From IMG/VR virus record IMGVR_UViG_2824139951_000003, positions 1,313 through 65,312 of that record: DNA of 64,000 bases; one strand, 5' to 3'. The DNA is from a virus (lineage: Duplodnaviria > Caudoviricetes). Both the position numbers and the translations under genes were made by a program. Positions 19,777 through 30,109 of the stretch are shown here, one piece after another; position 1 is the first letter of the stretch, and the number at the start of each line of letters is the position of its first letter. Below the pieces are notes generated by a model that worked only from the letters and a program-made list of their open reading frames with translations, ran no database searches and was not told where the DNA came from.

Positions 19777-20149
19777 TTGCCCCCCCCGAGAGCGGAATCA
19801 ACTCGCAGTTCGCTGCTGTAAAGCCGCGCCCAAATCGACTCCAGTCGCCGACGTTTGTGACCGTATAGTTCCTGCCATTCCATGTAACGATGTCGGCATC
19901 CTGTCCATCCTGACCTGCGTAGAGTAGGAATTGACTGTGGACAGTGATTGATCCGGATATCCGCGAGCCTTCTGCGAGTCGCATCAGAAGATCGCCAGTG
20001 TTGTTCGTCACGACACCATAGAACGGGTACGTCGCCACAGCATCGGTCGCGATACCGTTGCTGTCGACGGTCTGCGTATTGCGTGCACAGACGAGCGAAT
20101 CCACGAAATCCGGATCGAGCAGGATTTCGGCGACGTCGAGCAGGGGCAT
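19766..20149 (-). CDS. Head-tail adaptor/closure protein
   Basis: MPLLDV..ILLDPDF; neck-module position. Confidence 0.75.
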   Translation of the reverse strand: MPLLDVAEILLDPDFVDSLVCARNTQTVDSNGIATDAVATYPFYGVVTNNTGDLLMRLAEGSRISGSITVHSQFLLYAGQDGQDADIVTWNGRNYTVTNVGDWSRFGRGFTAANCELIPLSGGASGE

Positions 20150-20716
20150 TTACTTTTTCTCGCGAATGACGTGAGTGACGGAATTGCGAAGCTGTCCGGT
20201 ATTAACGAGCGGGATAATCCCGGCTTCGGTCTGCGCCTGAGCCGGGTCAGTGCCTTCGACGACTGATTTGAGGTACTGCTTTTCTTCGGGACGCATACTT
20301 TGCGTCTGTCGGCTGCGCCTGCGGTTCCGAATGGTATCTGGCGAAAGAGCGGGTGGGATGTTGCTGCCGATTTTCTTCTTGACCGATGATTCTGCAATCA
20401 TGCCAGCGGCACTCATAGAGCGCTCTGCCGCATTCTGATTGCCGCTTAGCGCCGCGTCTGCGGCCTTCCCGAGACGATCAGCGCATTCGGATTGAACATC
20501 GGAAACGCCGGGAATGAGGAATGGGCGCGCGGGCACGTTGTGAGCTGGCGAGCCCGTCTCCATGACGTACCCAATTTGAGCGTTCGTCAGCGGGCAGTCG
20601 TCTCGCTCTGGGGCGCTATCCGGGATGCCAACAAGTACGTCTTTCTTCGTCAGATTGTTGATGGCATCAATGATGGCCCTGAAGTTGTCGGCCGTCATCG
20701 TTACGCCAGGTTTCAT
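20150..20716 (-). CDS. Neck protein
   Basis: VLVGIP, NVPARPFL.PG, PLVNTGQLRNSVT. Confidence 0.78.
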   Translation of the reverse strand: MKPGVTMTADNFRAIIDAINNLTKKDVLVGIPDSAPERDDCPLTNAQIGYVMETGSPAHNVPARPFLIPGVSDVQSECADRLGKAADAALSGNQNAAERSMSAAGMIAESSVKKKIGSNIPPALSPDTIRNRRRSRQTQSMRPEEKQYLKSVVEGTDPAQAQTEAGIIPLVNTGQLRNSVTHVIREKK

Positions 20717-20717
20717 A

Positions 20718-21119
20718 TCACCAACATCCGTTCACTTGAAGGCCGCCCGAGCCCATCATGCGGGCGAGAGAGAGATAGCGCATGCCGTAGCTGGTAAGCG
20801 CCCAGAATCCTGCGTTATCGAGCGTTGCTGCACCGGTGTCGTAACTGGTACTAACTTTGTCGACGGCTTTAGCCGACGTCGGGCCGGTCATGGTGCCAGG
20901 TATGCCACCAACCGCTGCAGCATTTTGATCACGAGCACTTAGCGCAAGGTGGTGCGCCGTCACCAGCTCAATGCCCAGATCTGTTAATTCCATCCATCGC
21001 AGAGGATTGACGAGAGAAGTCGCAACCGTGATCCATGTCGACACCATGGTGTCGCTATAGAGCGCGGTATTTGCGAATTCGGGGAACGCCTGCCTGAAGG
21101 TAGTCGGGTCCATGCTCAT
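20718..21119 (-). CDS. Head-tail connector (DUF4054-like)
   Basis: FRQAFPEF...LVTAHHL...VDKVS.SYD...W..T.YG. Confidence 0.85.
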   Translation of the reverse strand: MSMDPTTFRQAFPEFANTALYSDTMVSTWITVATSLVNPLRWMELTDLGIELVTAHHLALSARDQNAAAVGGIPGTMTGPTSAKAVDKVSTSYDTGAATLDNAGFWALTSYGMRYLSLARMMGSGGLQVNGCW

Positions 21120-21304
21120 GCCTTGGCTGGTCGCCCGGGCTTGCGTTTCTCTTCAACCACGGTTTCTTGAGCCGTTTCTTCGCTGTGCATCACGGCCCAC
21201 CAGTGATCCGCATACTCTTCCGGGATCTCCTGGTTAGCAATGAAATAAACGGGGCGACAATCGTCTCGCGTAAGAGTGAAATCTTGCTTTGCAATGCGAG
21301 GCAT
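21116..21304 (-). CDS. Small head-associated protein
   Basis: 62 aa, ADHWW motif, GGAG RBS. Confidence 0.65.
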   Translation of the reverse strand: MPRIAKQDFTLTRDDCRPVYFIANQEIPEEYADHWWAVMHSEETAQETVVEEKRKPGRPAKA

Positions 21305-21361
21305 GCGTTGCTCCAGTGAGGGCCGGGAGACGCCTATAGTACAACGACTCCCGGCTGGCGC

Positions 21362-22426
21362 TTAGATTGCGTCGCGATAGCCGAACGTGGTCGAATAACG
21401 CAACTCGACCTGACCGAAGCGGGCCCAGTACGTCGTGATCTGATACAACGAACGATATTCAAGCGGGGTGCGCTGGAGTTCCGTCATGGGGTACTGGACA
21501 TACTTCTTGTCCTTGTTGTACGCGACCATGCGATCGACCGTGCCGAGCGTACCAGGCGTACCGCCAACACCTGCTCCGATCAGCCACTTCAGCGGGAGGA
21601 TTTCCAGCTTCGTGCCCGACTTCGTGCAGATGTTGTTCTCGAGCAGGTACGTCAGAATCGAGTAGTTGGCCGCAGTGTTAACCATTGTCGATGCGAGATA
21701 GCCGTACTGAGCCGGCGGCAGCAGCAGGCGGTTAGGCATCACCTTCCAGCCCGCGTTAGCCCAAGTCGTCGTCAGGACTTCGTTGACGTCCTTGAGGATT
21801 TCGGCAGGCGTCTTGGTAGTCCATTGCGGCGTACCAGCAGCGCCATTCGCGACATTGCTCGGCGTCACCACCGAGGTGGAATTAACGAGGCCAGCCGTGC
21901 CGATGGTCGAATCGCCGAAGTAGACCAGGTTATCCAAGTCCATGTTGCGCTTGAGGTTCATAGCCTCGACCTTCTGCGCGTCGACCGGCTGGCCGAGGGC
22001 CTGTGCCTTCACCAGTTCTGGCACCGTGTACTTGACTTCGGCACCCCAAAGGCGCAGCGCCTGGGCGGTCTTGCCGATGTCGAGCGACGGGCCTGCAATC
22101 GCATTGCCTTCGTTCGAAATCCAGTTGATGCCGCCCGGCGTCATATTGCCGTTCATGGCGAACGCCGAGTTCGTGAACGACGCGAGTTCGTCGGCCGGCG
22201 AAACGTCCGTGCGGATGTCGATGTCGCGCGACCAGGTAAATTCGACCAGCGGTTCATTCAGAGTCTGGTCGAGGCGTTCGAGCTGACCAACAAGGAACGC
22301 GCCCGTCGAGTCAATCGTCGCAGCGTCATACGTCATCATGCCGTCAGTCGTGTAGGCGCGCACCAATTGGCGCGATGCTTCAGCGACTTCCCGGCGCTTC
22401 AGGAATTTTTGGACAGACAGATCCAT
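21362..22426 (-). CDS. Major capsid protein (DUF2184-like)
   Basis: GAFLVGQLERLD..L.EPL...TWSRDI; 354 aa. Confidence 0.9.
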   Translation of the reverse strand: MDLSVQKFLKRREVAEASRQLVRAYTTDGMMTYDAATIDSTGAFLVGQLERLDQTLNEPLVEFTWSRDIDIRTDVSPADELASFTNSAFAMNGNMTPGGINWISNEGNAIAGPSLDIGKTAQALRLWGAEVKYTVPELVKAQALGQPVDAQKVEAMNLKRNMDLDNLVYFGDSTIGTAGLVNSTSVVTPSNVANGAAGTPQWTTKTPAEILKDVNEVLTTTWANAGWKVMPNRLLLPPAQYGYLASTMVNTAANYSILTYLLENNICTKSGTKLEILPLKWLIGAGVGGTPGTLGTVDRMVAYNKDKKYVQYPMTELQRTPLEYRSLYQITTYWARFGQVELRYSTTFGYRDAI

Positions 22427-22447
22427 TGAGTTAGGCTCCAGAAATGC

Positions 22448-22470
22448 AAAAGCCCCGCCTAGGCGGGGCC
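22448..22470 (-). terminator. Terminator-like hairpin
   Basis: gccccgcc-ta-ggcggggc plus T-run. Confidence 0.5.
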
Positions 22471-22492
22471 AATAGCGTTGTTACGCCGGGGT

Positions 22493-22999
22493 TTAAATGT
22501 TTACAGCGACTTCCGTAATGCCGTAGGCATCAGCGGGGCCGGTGAAGTACCAGTTCGACGGCATGGCGATCGTGTTAGTGCTATCGGCGGCGGCTTCGAA
22601 TCCGCCAAGCGGCTTGCCAGTCGCAGCAGCGGCGACGCGCACATATACCGTGCCACCCTTGGCCGCAGCGGTCGTGCCGCCCAGCAACACGTTCACATAG
22701 CCGCGCTTGAGGATGTCGGTCACGCCCGAAGTCGGAGGCGTAGACGTGCCGAGCGGATCGGTGCCGTTGCCTTGGATCGGGTAGGGGCGCAAGTTCACGC
22801 CCTGAACCAGCGCTGCGGTATCGGCGGCGAGATTGATCGGCTGCACCTTGCCAGATACATACTTGACGGCCACGCCGAAAACGGTCGGCGGCGTCGATGA
22901 GTCGATCAGTTGGGTTTCGATGGTCGCAACTTCAGCACGCTGAAGGTCGCCGGCAAAGCCAGCCGGCATGCGGAATTGATAAGCTTGCAACGAGGGCAT
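22493..22999 (-). CDS. Capsid decoration/cement protein
   Basis: RMPAGFAGD, LKRGYV.V, GG.VYVR; directly upstream of capsid gene. Confidence 0.8.
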   Translation of the reverse strand: MPSLQAYQFRMPAGFAGDLQRAEVATIETQLIDSSTPPTVFGVAVKYVSGKVQPINLAADTAALVQGVNLRPYPIQGNGTDPLGTSTPPTSGVTDILKRGYVNVLLGGTTAAAKGGTVYVRVAAAATGKPLGGFEAAADSTNTIAMPSNWYFTGPADAYGITEVAVNI

Positions 23000-23008
23000 G
23001 TCGGCTCC

Positions 23009-24436
23009 TTACGCTTTACGGGTCGCCCAGAATTCGGCGTGGATTTGGTTGATGTCTTTTGCTTCTGCTGCGGCATCCGTCGTCTTACGAGCGACGTTCA
23101 TGTTCTTGCGCTTGACGAGTTCCGATGCTGCGTGGAAGGCCATCTTTGCAGCGGCGCAATCCATCTTGTCGACTTCTGCATCACCAGTGATGGCGCGCAC
23201 GAGATCGGCGTTGTCATTCGTCAGCGCGGCACGTAGGGCGCGGCGGCGCAGCACGCAGAGAGAATCGGTCGCCTTCTTCGGAGTCGCCTTGGCGTCGTGC
23301 GTCGGAAGCTTCACGCCGGGGGCGAGGATTTCGGCGCGCGACTTGGCATCCTGGAATTCGGCGAGCAGAGATGCGCTGTCGGTCGTTGCCGACGTGTCAT
23401 CCTTCGGGTTGTCCTCGTCGGGATCTTCGTCTTCCGTTTCGTTTGCTTCGGGGTCGACCTCGGATTCATCCTTGGTCTCGTCCTTCTTGTCGCCCTCCAG
23501 TTCTTCGTCGGCGGTTTTGCCTGCCTCGTACTTGTCCATGCGCTCACTCAGCGCGGCAACGGAATCGGCAATGCCCTTGATCGAATCCATGACCTGAGTC
23601 ATCTGATCGGCTGGCGCATCCTCGTCTTTCGTGTCTTCCGATGCGTTGGCCTTTTCGGAGCCGGGCATATGGATGTGGATGTTGGGCATGTTCGGAAGCT
23701 CGCCTTCATCCTTGACTTCCTCAGACAGCGCTTTTTCAAAGGCTTCCGAATCGCGCGTCATGAAGAGTTTGCGCAACTTGTCCTTAAAGGACTCGGCGCC
23801 TTGCTTAATGGCCATCTGTGGTTCTCCTAGGGATGGATGTCGTGAATCTTGGACGGAACAAACCGGACCACATCGAGGATTCGGCACAAGTGCCGCGTGA
23901 TTTGCCACGATGGTGGTTTGTCGCGCTCGTCCTGGCGCGATTTGCTCATAGTCAGCGTCGTATCCCACGCTGATACCGCGTAGGCCGTTATTGCGGACTT
24001 CGTTGATTGCGAATTTGTCGGTGATCAGCAGATCGGCCAGCAGGAGGTCGTCTTGGTCGCCTTCGCCGCGGCGCGGGTTGTGCACCGTTCCTTTTGTCAG
24101 GATCGCCCACGTAGCGGGCGTGACGAATTCCTTGGGATGGCCGATCGTTACTGACTTTCCAAGCAGGCTGGCAAGAGTCTCGGGAGCAAATACGACTTCA
24201 GGCGCGCGCTCAACGTAGATGATCCCGTCAGGCCCAGCCTGGAGATCTGGAAATTCGATGTCGGCGTATTCCTGAATTCCGGTGCGCGCGATCGGCACTC
24301 CTTCGCAGATCAGATAGCCCTCGGGCGTCTCCGACATGTGCGGGCCAAGCTGCTCGGTTGCGAAGAATCCCGACGTTTGGATAGAGTCAGTTGTGCGCGT
24401 TGTCTTGCACGAGTCGCATTGGCAGGGTTCTGGCAT
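23009..24436 (-). CDS. Prohead protease/scaffold (DUF2213-like)
   Basis: TPEGYLIC..VPIARTG, S.GYDA.Y, NH.ALV...RCG; acidic C-terminal scaffold. Confidence 0.88.
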   Translation of the reverse strand: MPEPCQCDSCKTTRTTDSIQTSGFFATEQLGPHMSETPEGYLICEGVPIARTGIQEYADIEFPDLQAGPDGIIYVERAPEVVFAPETLASLLGKSVTIGHPKEFVTPATWAILTKGTVHNPRRGEGDQDDLLLADLLITDKFAINEVRNNGLRGISVGYDADYEQIAPGRARQTTIVANHAALVPNPRCGPVCSVQDSRHPSLGEPQMAIKQGAESFKDKLRKLFMTRDSEAFEKALSEEVKDEGELPNMPNIHIHMPGSEKANASEDTKDEDAPADQMTQVMDSIKGIADSVAALSERMDKYEAGKTADEELEGDKKDETKDESEVDPEANETEDEDPDEDNPKDDTSATTDSASLLAEFQDAKSRAEILAPGVKLPTHDAKATPKKATDSLCVLRRRALRAALTNDNADLVRAITGDAEVDKMDCAAAKMAFHAASELVKRKNMNVARKTTDAAAEAKDINQIHAEFWATRKA

Positions 24437-24438
24437 AT

Positions 24439-25182
24439 CTATCTAGGTAGGGCGACACGCGCCCAGCAGCGGCAGTTGTAAATGCAGCCTGGATGCGCGC
24501 GGGCGCCGGTTCGCTTGTCGGCCACGGGAGGGTTATCCCACGTGAAGAACTTGCCATCGAGCTCACGATGGTCGGAGCGGACGGTGCCATCGTGGCTCGT
24601 TTCCCAGAAGTAGCCTTCCGATCCGATCGATACTGCGCGGGCCTGAGTCAATGTCGTCGCACTTCGGCTAACTTCTGTACGGGCGATCAGAACCGCTTTG
24701 CTCGTCGAAACTTCCTCGGAGCGCTGAATCTCTTTGGCGATTTCCTGAAACCGCGTGGAGTCTTCGATCCCTTCGAGCGTCAGCCGATGTATCCGCTGCG
24801 CCGCCTCAAGCGGAATGCTCTGAATCAGCGCGACCTGTTCGGCCAGCAGCGCCTTCATCACTTGACCAGTCGGCGCGTTGCGAATCTCTTGCCGCAACCC
24901 GGCTGATAACTCGCGCGCCATCGTCTGCCACGCATGCTCATCACGTAGCGCGACGTCCATCAGCATGTTCGATGCCGTTTGCGTCGCCCAACCCTTGAGC
25001 ATGTCCGAGTAGGCTTTGAGCAACTGCTCGATGGTCGGCACTGCGCTCATGTCGCCGGGCGTGAATGGCGAGATGATGGATCCGACTTGCTGCGCCACCT
25101 TACGGAGCTGAAGCGCGTACCGCTGCTCGATGCGCTGCGTCTTGACCGGGTTGCGGTTGCGCTTGCGGTCAAGGGTTAGCAC
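24439..25182 (-). CDS. Head morphogenesis protein (SPP1 gp7/Mu F family)
   Basis: LIARTE, W.T..D..VR..H, HPG.IYNCRC; start set at GTG 25182. Confidence 0.88.
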   Translation of the reverse strand: MLTLDRKRNRNPVKTQRIEQRYALQLRKVAQQVGSIISPFTPGDMSAVPTIEQLLKAYSDMLKGWATQTASNMLMDVALRDEHAWQTMARELSAGLRQEIRNAPTGQVMKALLAEQVALIQSIPLEAAQRIHRLTLEGIEDSTRFQEIAKEIQRSEEVSTSKAVLIARTEVSRSATTLTQARAVSIGSEGYFWETSHDGTVRSDHRELDGKFFTWDNPPVADKRTGARAHPGCIYNCRCWARVALPR

Positions 25183-25415
25183 CTTTTGAAACCTTGCGGC
25201 TGGGGGATGTTCGGACGATCGGGATGTTCGTCGTCTTCGATGGACTGTTCGGCCAATTCGAGCCAGTAGCGCACAGATCGAAGTGCGTCCCGCATCTGCG
25301 CCTTCGTCCATGCCTGATTCGCGCGGCCAGCGGCTTTGACAAGATCATCAGTCGCCAGCCTGGCCGCTTTGATGTTTGGCATTGGAGGCGGGGGAGGCGG
25401 CATGCATGACATCAT
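25176..25415 (-). CDS. Hypothetical protein with poly-Pro
   Basis: ATGA overlap with portal stop; fills the gap exactly. Confidence 0.55.
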   Translation of the reverse strand: MMSCMPPPPPPMPNIKAARLATDDLVKAAGRANQAWTKAQMRDALRSVRYWLELAEQSIEDDEHPDRPNIPQPQGFKRC

Positions 25416-26860
25416 TTCTTCCTCCACCGTTTGATCCAATCGAGCGCAGATCCAGAATCAGCCGTCAGCCCCGACACATCAGGCAAGTCGGCCTCGCCAG
25501 GAGGCGGGGCGAGCCTCGCAGCCTCTTCAGCCTGCTCAATCGAATCATCATCAATCGAACCGAACATGCCAGTTACTGGCGCCGAGTTTTTCAGCTCCTT
25601 CATGCCGGTCGGAATGTCTATCAGGCCAGAATCGAGTGCTTGCGCCACGGCTGCGACCTTCTTCGTCACGATCTCGGCCTTCTCAGACTCCGGCGCGTCA
25701 TCCAGCGTGCGAAACTGATACTGGAAATCATCTGGCAGCGGCTTGCCGAGCGATGACATCGACATCACCTCAAGCAAACGATGCAGAGGGGTGCGGAGTT
25801 CCTTTTCCTGCTTTTGATGGACCTTCTCATGATAGAGACGGCGCGAGCCTTCCCCCGTGTCGCTGAGCCCCGCAGGCTGTTGGCCAAACAGTCGGTCGAG
25901 CGGAATACCCGTCGCACCACTCAGTTGCATGGCGAACTGGATCAGGACGTCGGATAGACCAGAGAACGAATACTGGTGCGTCGCAAAATCGTCCTTCGAA
26001 TCGAGAACGGTGATGCCCTCGTTCGTCTGCGCCATGCGCGTGAATTCGATCTGCGCTTTCAGGCCCGCGAGAGCGGGGCCACCCGCAGCCACGATATTCC
26101 GCATGTCCTCGATCTTCATCACGCGAAGGTGCGCTTTGTAGACGAGCTGGCCGACACCTACTGTGGCGCTGTCAAACGCGATCAGACGGTCCCACAGCGG
26201 CTCAAGAATGGACAGGCCCCAGCCGTTCTCAGCGACGCGCTGATAGAAGGGCAGATCTGCGCCCTCCATGCGAATCACGCGGCTGTAATGGATCTTTGCC
26301 TTCGGGATGGCCGCATAGTCTGCGATGACGTTGTAGTAGACCGGCTTACCCATGTCTGGGCCGAACTCGGTTACGACCTCGCCAACAGGCGGATTCAGCA
26401 TCCAGCGGTCCAGAATCAGCAAGCCCTTGAACTGGTCCTTGCCGATCGTTTCGGGTCGCAGTGGCGTCGACAGATCCTGACCGTCGATCAGCATCACGGC
26501 AACAGAACCCCCATACAGGCGCGCCCACTTCCCGTTCTCGCACAGACGATCCCAGATCGCCATACGAACCATGTCGTTCTCGAGTTGCGTTATCTCATCG
26601 GGATCAAGGCCCGACATCTCGATCCCGCAGCGAGTCATGTCCTCGGGGATGGCGTCGACGGCCTGACCCACAATCCACGATCCGCGGTAAGCCGCCTCCA
26701 TCTGGATGCGGTTACGGCTCTGATATGAGAGCTGATACGTCGATGCGGACGACTGGTTATTCGTGCCCCAGCCCAATTGAGCTACCGCGTTCTGGAACGA
26801 ATCGTTAGTGCGGACCGGTTGCGCCACGCCTACGCTACGGTTTCGACGTGACTTAGCCAT
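25412..26860 (-). CDS. Portal protein (DUF1073-like)
   Basis: AYRGSW....VD...EDMTR, WARLYGG, IHYSR, GATGIPL.RLFGQ.P.G. Confidence 0.9.
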   Translation of the reverse strand: MAKSRRNRSVGVAQPVRTNDSFQNAVAQLGWGTNNQSSASTYQLSYQSRNRIQMEAAYRGSWIVGQAVDAIPEDMTRCGIEMSGLDPDEITQLENDMVRMAIWDRLCENGKWARLYGGSVAVMLIDGQDLSTPLRPETIGKDQFKGLLILDRWMLNPPVGEVVTEFGPDMGKPVYYNVIADYAAIPKAKIHYSRVIRMEGADLPFYQRVAENGWGLSILEPLWDRLIAFDSATVGVGQLVYKAHLRVMKIEDMRNIVAAGGPALAGLKAQIEFTRMAQTNEGITVLDSKDDFATHQYSFSGLSDVLIQFAMQLSGATGIPLDRLFGQQPAGLSDTGEGSRRLYHEKVHQKQEKELRTPLHRLLEVMSMSSLGKPLPDDFQYQFRTLDDAPESEKAEIVTKKVAAVAQALDSGLIDIPTGMKELKNSAPVTGMFGSIDDDSIEQAEEAARLAPPPGEADLPDVSGLTADSGSALDWIKRWRKK

Positions 26861-26905
26861 GCTGGAGAAAAATCCTTGCTTGTGGCGCAATGGCCGTTGG
26901 TAGTT

Positions 26906-28294
26906 TTATCCTGCAAGCGCAGCCCATTGAGCCAAACCGCCGCCAATCAAATGTGAGAACGCGCGAGACAGCGAATCGATCTGGTCGTCGAAGGTGCCGT
27001 TGGGGAACATACGCATTTCGTCGATCAGTGCTGCATTCCAACTACCGCGCAACATCACGACATTCCCGACATTGACCTGCGCTGCGAACGGCTCGGCGCG
27101 CGTCACCTTGTCTCCAGACTCAGGAGATGTAGTGACTGAATATCCGACCAGCTCGCGCGTCAGGTAGAGAACCTGCGTCTTGCCGGCTTGCCCGGGATCT
27201 TGCGGAATGCTGATCTTGGTCGACACACCATCTTGCGAGGCGGTATTGACCATCGCCGCGTCACGCTCGTCGGGGCCAACGCGAAGCCGTACCATGTCGC
27301 CAATGACGAAACGGCCATCAGGCAATCGACCAAGCTTGCCGCCCGCGGTGAAGTCGCCATCGGTCGTGCTCGCCAAGTCCCAGCCGCGCACCCATTGGAT
27401 ATGGCCGTAGGGCAGTGCGTCGATGACCTGAATCTGGTCGGGCTTAAAGATGCCACCTTCAGCCGGCGCCGGGCGCTGCTGATACTGTCCAGCGAACGTA
27501 TAGGGCGATGCCGCTTCCATTCGGCGTAACTCAGCGACTGAATGCTTTTCTGGCCAAAGCGCTGTGCCGTCATCTTGAAGCGCGGGGAGGCAAACATGCT
27601 CCCACTTCTCACCGTTGCCGCCATTCAGCAGCCAGCCAGCGAGATCGCTCTCATGCAAGCGCTGCATGATGAGAATGATCGGTGTTTCGGGTGAGTTCTT
27701 ACGGGATTCGAACGTGTTCTGGAACCAGTCGATCACGTTTTGGCGCATCGTGTCTGAGCGCGCCTCGTCGGCCTTGTGCGGGTCGTCGATCAGCAGCGCG
27801 CCGCCGAACCCTGGGCGAAGTTTGCCAGCCCCATATCCAGTAATCGTGCCTTCGGAACCGACCGCGTAGACGATACCGCCCGCAGTGGTGCGCCATTCGT
27901 CCTTGGCCTTACTGTCATCGCGCAACTGGACGGCGGGGAAGATCGCCTGGAACTCCGGCTCTTGTACGAGCCCGCGCACATCCCACGATGACGCTGCGGC
28001 GAGGCGCCCGGAGTACGAGGTATAGATGAACTCGCAGTCTGGGTACTGGCCAAGTGACCACCCAACGAAATTCTTGACGATCTCAGTCTTGGAGTACCGC
28101 GGCGGGATATTAATAATCAGCCGCTTACACTCGCCGCGAAACACTCGCATCAGCGCTTCACAGACCGTCTTGTGATGGTTAGCCTGTTGCCATGTGTAGC
28201 CGCGGCGATTGACGAACATCCAGCGCGTGAACCAGAACAGATCGGCCATCGACAGCGAGCGATATACGCGGCGCTCCTTGTCGGAAAATTCCAT
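26906..28294 (-). CDS. terL: Terminase large subunit
   Basis: INIPPRYSKT Walker A, LLIDDPHK Walker B, IMQRLH, WDLA, FP.G..DDQ.D. Confidence 0.95.
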   Translation of the reverse strand: MEFSDKERRVYRSLSMADLFWFTRWMFVNRRGYTWQQANHHKTVCEALMRVFRGECKRLIINIPPRYSKTEIVKNFVGWSLGQYPDCEFIYTSYSGRLAAASSWDVRGLVQEPEFQAIFPAVQLRDDSKAKDEWRTTAGGIVYAVGSEGTITGYGAGKLRPGFGGALLIDDPHKADEARSDTMRQNVIDWFQNTFESRKNSPETPIILIMQRLHESDLAGWLLNGGNGEKWEHVCLPALQDDGTALWPEKHSVAELRRMEAASPYTFAGQYQQRPAPAEGGIFKPDQIQVIDALPYGHIQWVRGWDLASTTDGDFTAGGKLGRLPDGRFVIGDMVRLRVGPDERDAAMVNTASQDGVSTKISIPQDPGQAGKTQVLYLTRELVGYSVTTSPESGDKVTRAEPFAAQVNVGNVVMLRGSWNAALIDEMRMFPNGTFDDQIDSLSRAFSHLIGGGLAQWAALAG

Positions 28295-28297
28295 GGG

Positions 28298-28819
28298 CTA
28301 GACCTTCGGTGCGGCGGCGCTCTCCTTCAGAACATCGCGGATTTCATCTACTGTCGCCTGCGGTCCGCCAACCTGGCTAACCGTGACATTGGTTACCGGC
28401 GCTATCTGTGCATCGATTCCCCAAGCCTTGCGCTCGGCCTCCTGGCGGATCTTCAGCGTTTCAGCCGTGATCTTGGCTAATTTGGCGGTCTCGAAATCTT
28501 TCGTGCCGATCGCCGTGTCGACGATCTCTTTGTGCTCTTCCCATTCGTCACGGTGGCGTTGAACCACGTCAGCGCGGCGGGTAGCTTCTGCATCAAGCGC
28601 AGCGGCCTTTTTTTTCGGGTCGCAGCCTGCTACTACCCCTGCTACTTTCTCTGCTACTTTCCGCTGAATGGCCGGCTCAAGATCCTGCGTCCAACCGTCG
28701 GCAGCAATGTGTTTTTGGATTGCGCCACGGCTTACGCCGAACTTCTTGGCGAGCGACGCCTGACTGGCGCCGGCCTCGTACTCAGCGCGGATAGCGTCCC
28801 AATCAATGTCGCGTGCCAT
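28298..28819 (-). CDS. terS: Terminase small subunit
   Basis: DWDAIRAEYEAG...LAKKFGVS HTH; directly upstream of terL. Confidence 0.85.
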   Translation of the reverse strand: MARDIDWDAIRAEYEAGASQASLAKKFGVSRGAIQKHIAADGWTQDLEPAIQRKVAEKVAGVVAGCDPKKKAAALDAEATRRADVVQRHRDEWEEHKEIVDTAIGTKDFETAKLAKITAETLKIRQEAERKAWGIDAQIAPVTNVTVSQVGGPQATVDEIRDVLKESAAAPKV

Positions 28820-28876
28820 GCTGCTATATAAGAAATGCCCCTACGGGCGAAAGCCGCGTGAGCGACCTGAGGAAAA

Positions 28877-29383
28877 TCAATTCAGCAGCGAGGGCTGCAT
28901 TTGGCTTTCGAGAGCGAACCGTGCTGCATCAAATTGCGGGATCTCGCGCTTGCGCTCCAGCATCAGGTGCGAACCAAACGAGGCGCGGACTTTCGACTCA
29001 ACCTCCCGCGCGATCAGTTCCTGCATCTGCTGCCAGAGATTCTTGTCTCGGTTTTGCAGTTCGTCGCGCAGCCGGAAGAATTCCTTCACAAGGGCGATCT
29101 TGAACTGGATGACCTTCGGCGAGTTGCGCATGAAAGCCAACAGGAGGGTAGCCTGTTGCTCGTTCAGCATGGCGTACTCGACGGGGCGGCCGCCGCCTTG
29201 CGGGGTTTTTGCCAACCGCGTTTGAAACGCGGGTGGGCCGAACTCGGCCAGGTCGCTCTCGTACTTGCGAACCATCGCAAGCAAGTTCTTGTGCTGCACC
29301 TCGACGCCGCGGGCGATGATCTCAGACGATGCACGAGGCTCACCATCGACAGCCAAAACGAGTGCGAACGGAAAGTTGCTCAT
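28877..29383 (-). CDS. Rha-family phage regulatory protein
   Basis: SS..IA..V..QHKN, LNEQQATLL..FMRNS..V..FK..LV..F. Confidence 0.88.
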   Translation of the reverse strand: MSNFPFALVLAVDGEPRASSEIIARGVEVQHKNLLAMVRKYESDLAEFGPPAFQTRLAKTPQGGGRPVEYAMLNEQQATLLLAFMRNSPKVIQFKIALVKEFFRLRDELQNRDKNLWQQMQELIAREVESKVRASFGSHLMLERKREIPQFDAARFALESQMQPSLLN

Positions 29384-29477
29384 AGGATTTCCCTGATAAT
29401 CCCTGTCATTGAAACCCCCGAGGGCGCGTGCAGGGAAACGCGCTTTCGATCCGTCGATCTATCGGGAGCCAGAAAAG

Positions 29478-29504
29478 CAAAAAGCCAGCGCAATGGCTGG
29501 CTTC
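29478..29504 (-). terminator. Rho-independent terminator
   Basis: agccagc-cattgc-gctggct plus T-run. Confidence 0.6.
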
Positions 29505-29726
29505 AATAAGAAGGAAAGCTACTTTGTTACGACCGCATGGCGCAGTGGCATCCGATCGGATCGCGCGTCGCTAATTTCGCCTTCGTAGATGATGGATGCA
29601 AGGGATTGCGCAGTGCCCCGGGCGCTCTTTCCACCAGCCGGTCAGGTCAACCATCATTCACGAAGGCCCCGCAGGGGAGCGCACAGGGACACCGCCCATA
29701 CATGCGCCGCCATCGGGATTGGTAAT

Positions 29727-29888
29727 CTATGCCTTGAAAAACTGTTCCATTGCGGTTTGCGATTGAGACTCCACCCAAGCTGCCATAATCTTCGGGTCGA
29801 CGTCAGGCGTTAGCAGCGAGACCAGAACTTCCGGTGCGCAATGGATGCGCGGAAATTTTGTCGGTTCAAGGCCAATGTATTGGCTCAT
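29727..29888 (-). CDS. Small hypothetical protein (53 aa, MSQYIGLEPTKFP...)
   Basis: ORF read by hand; GAAGG RBS. Confidence 0.45.
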   Translation of the reverse strand: MSQYIGLEPTKFPRIHCAPEVLVSLLTPDVDPKIMAAWVESQSQTAMEQFFKA

Positions 29889-30109
29889 CTCACACCTTCA
29901 GGTACCACGCGACCCAATCATCCGCCCAGCGCGACCATAGCCACGCATTGCGCGCGCAGGCGTTCCAGTACTGTCCAACGAGGCAGCTCCAGTTCATTTT
30001 GGTTCTCTTTGGGGTTACGGTGAGAGCGGTTCGCGCTGATCTCGAACTTGTCCGACCTCCACTTGAGATTCCCCAGAAATTTCGCGAGGCCTCGCTTCTG
30101 GATCACTAC

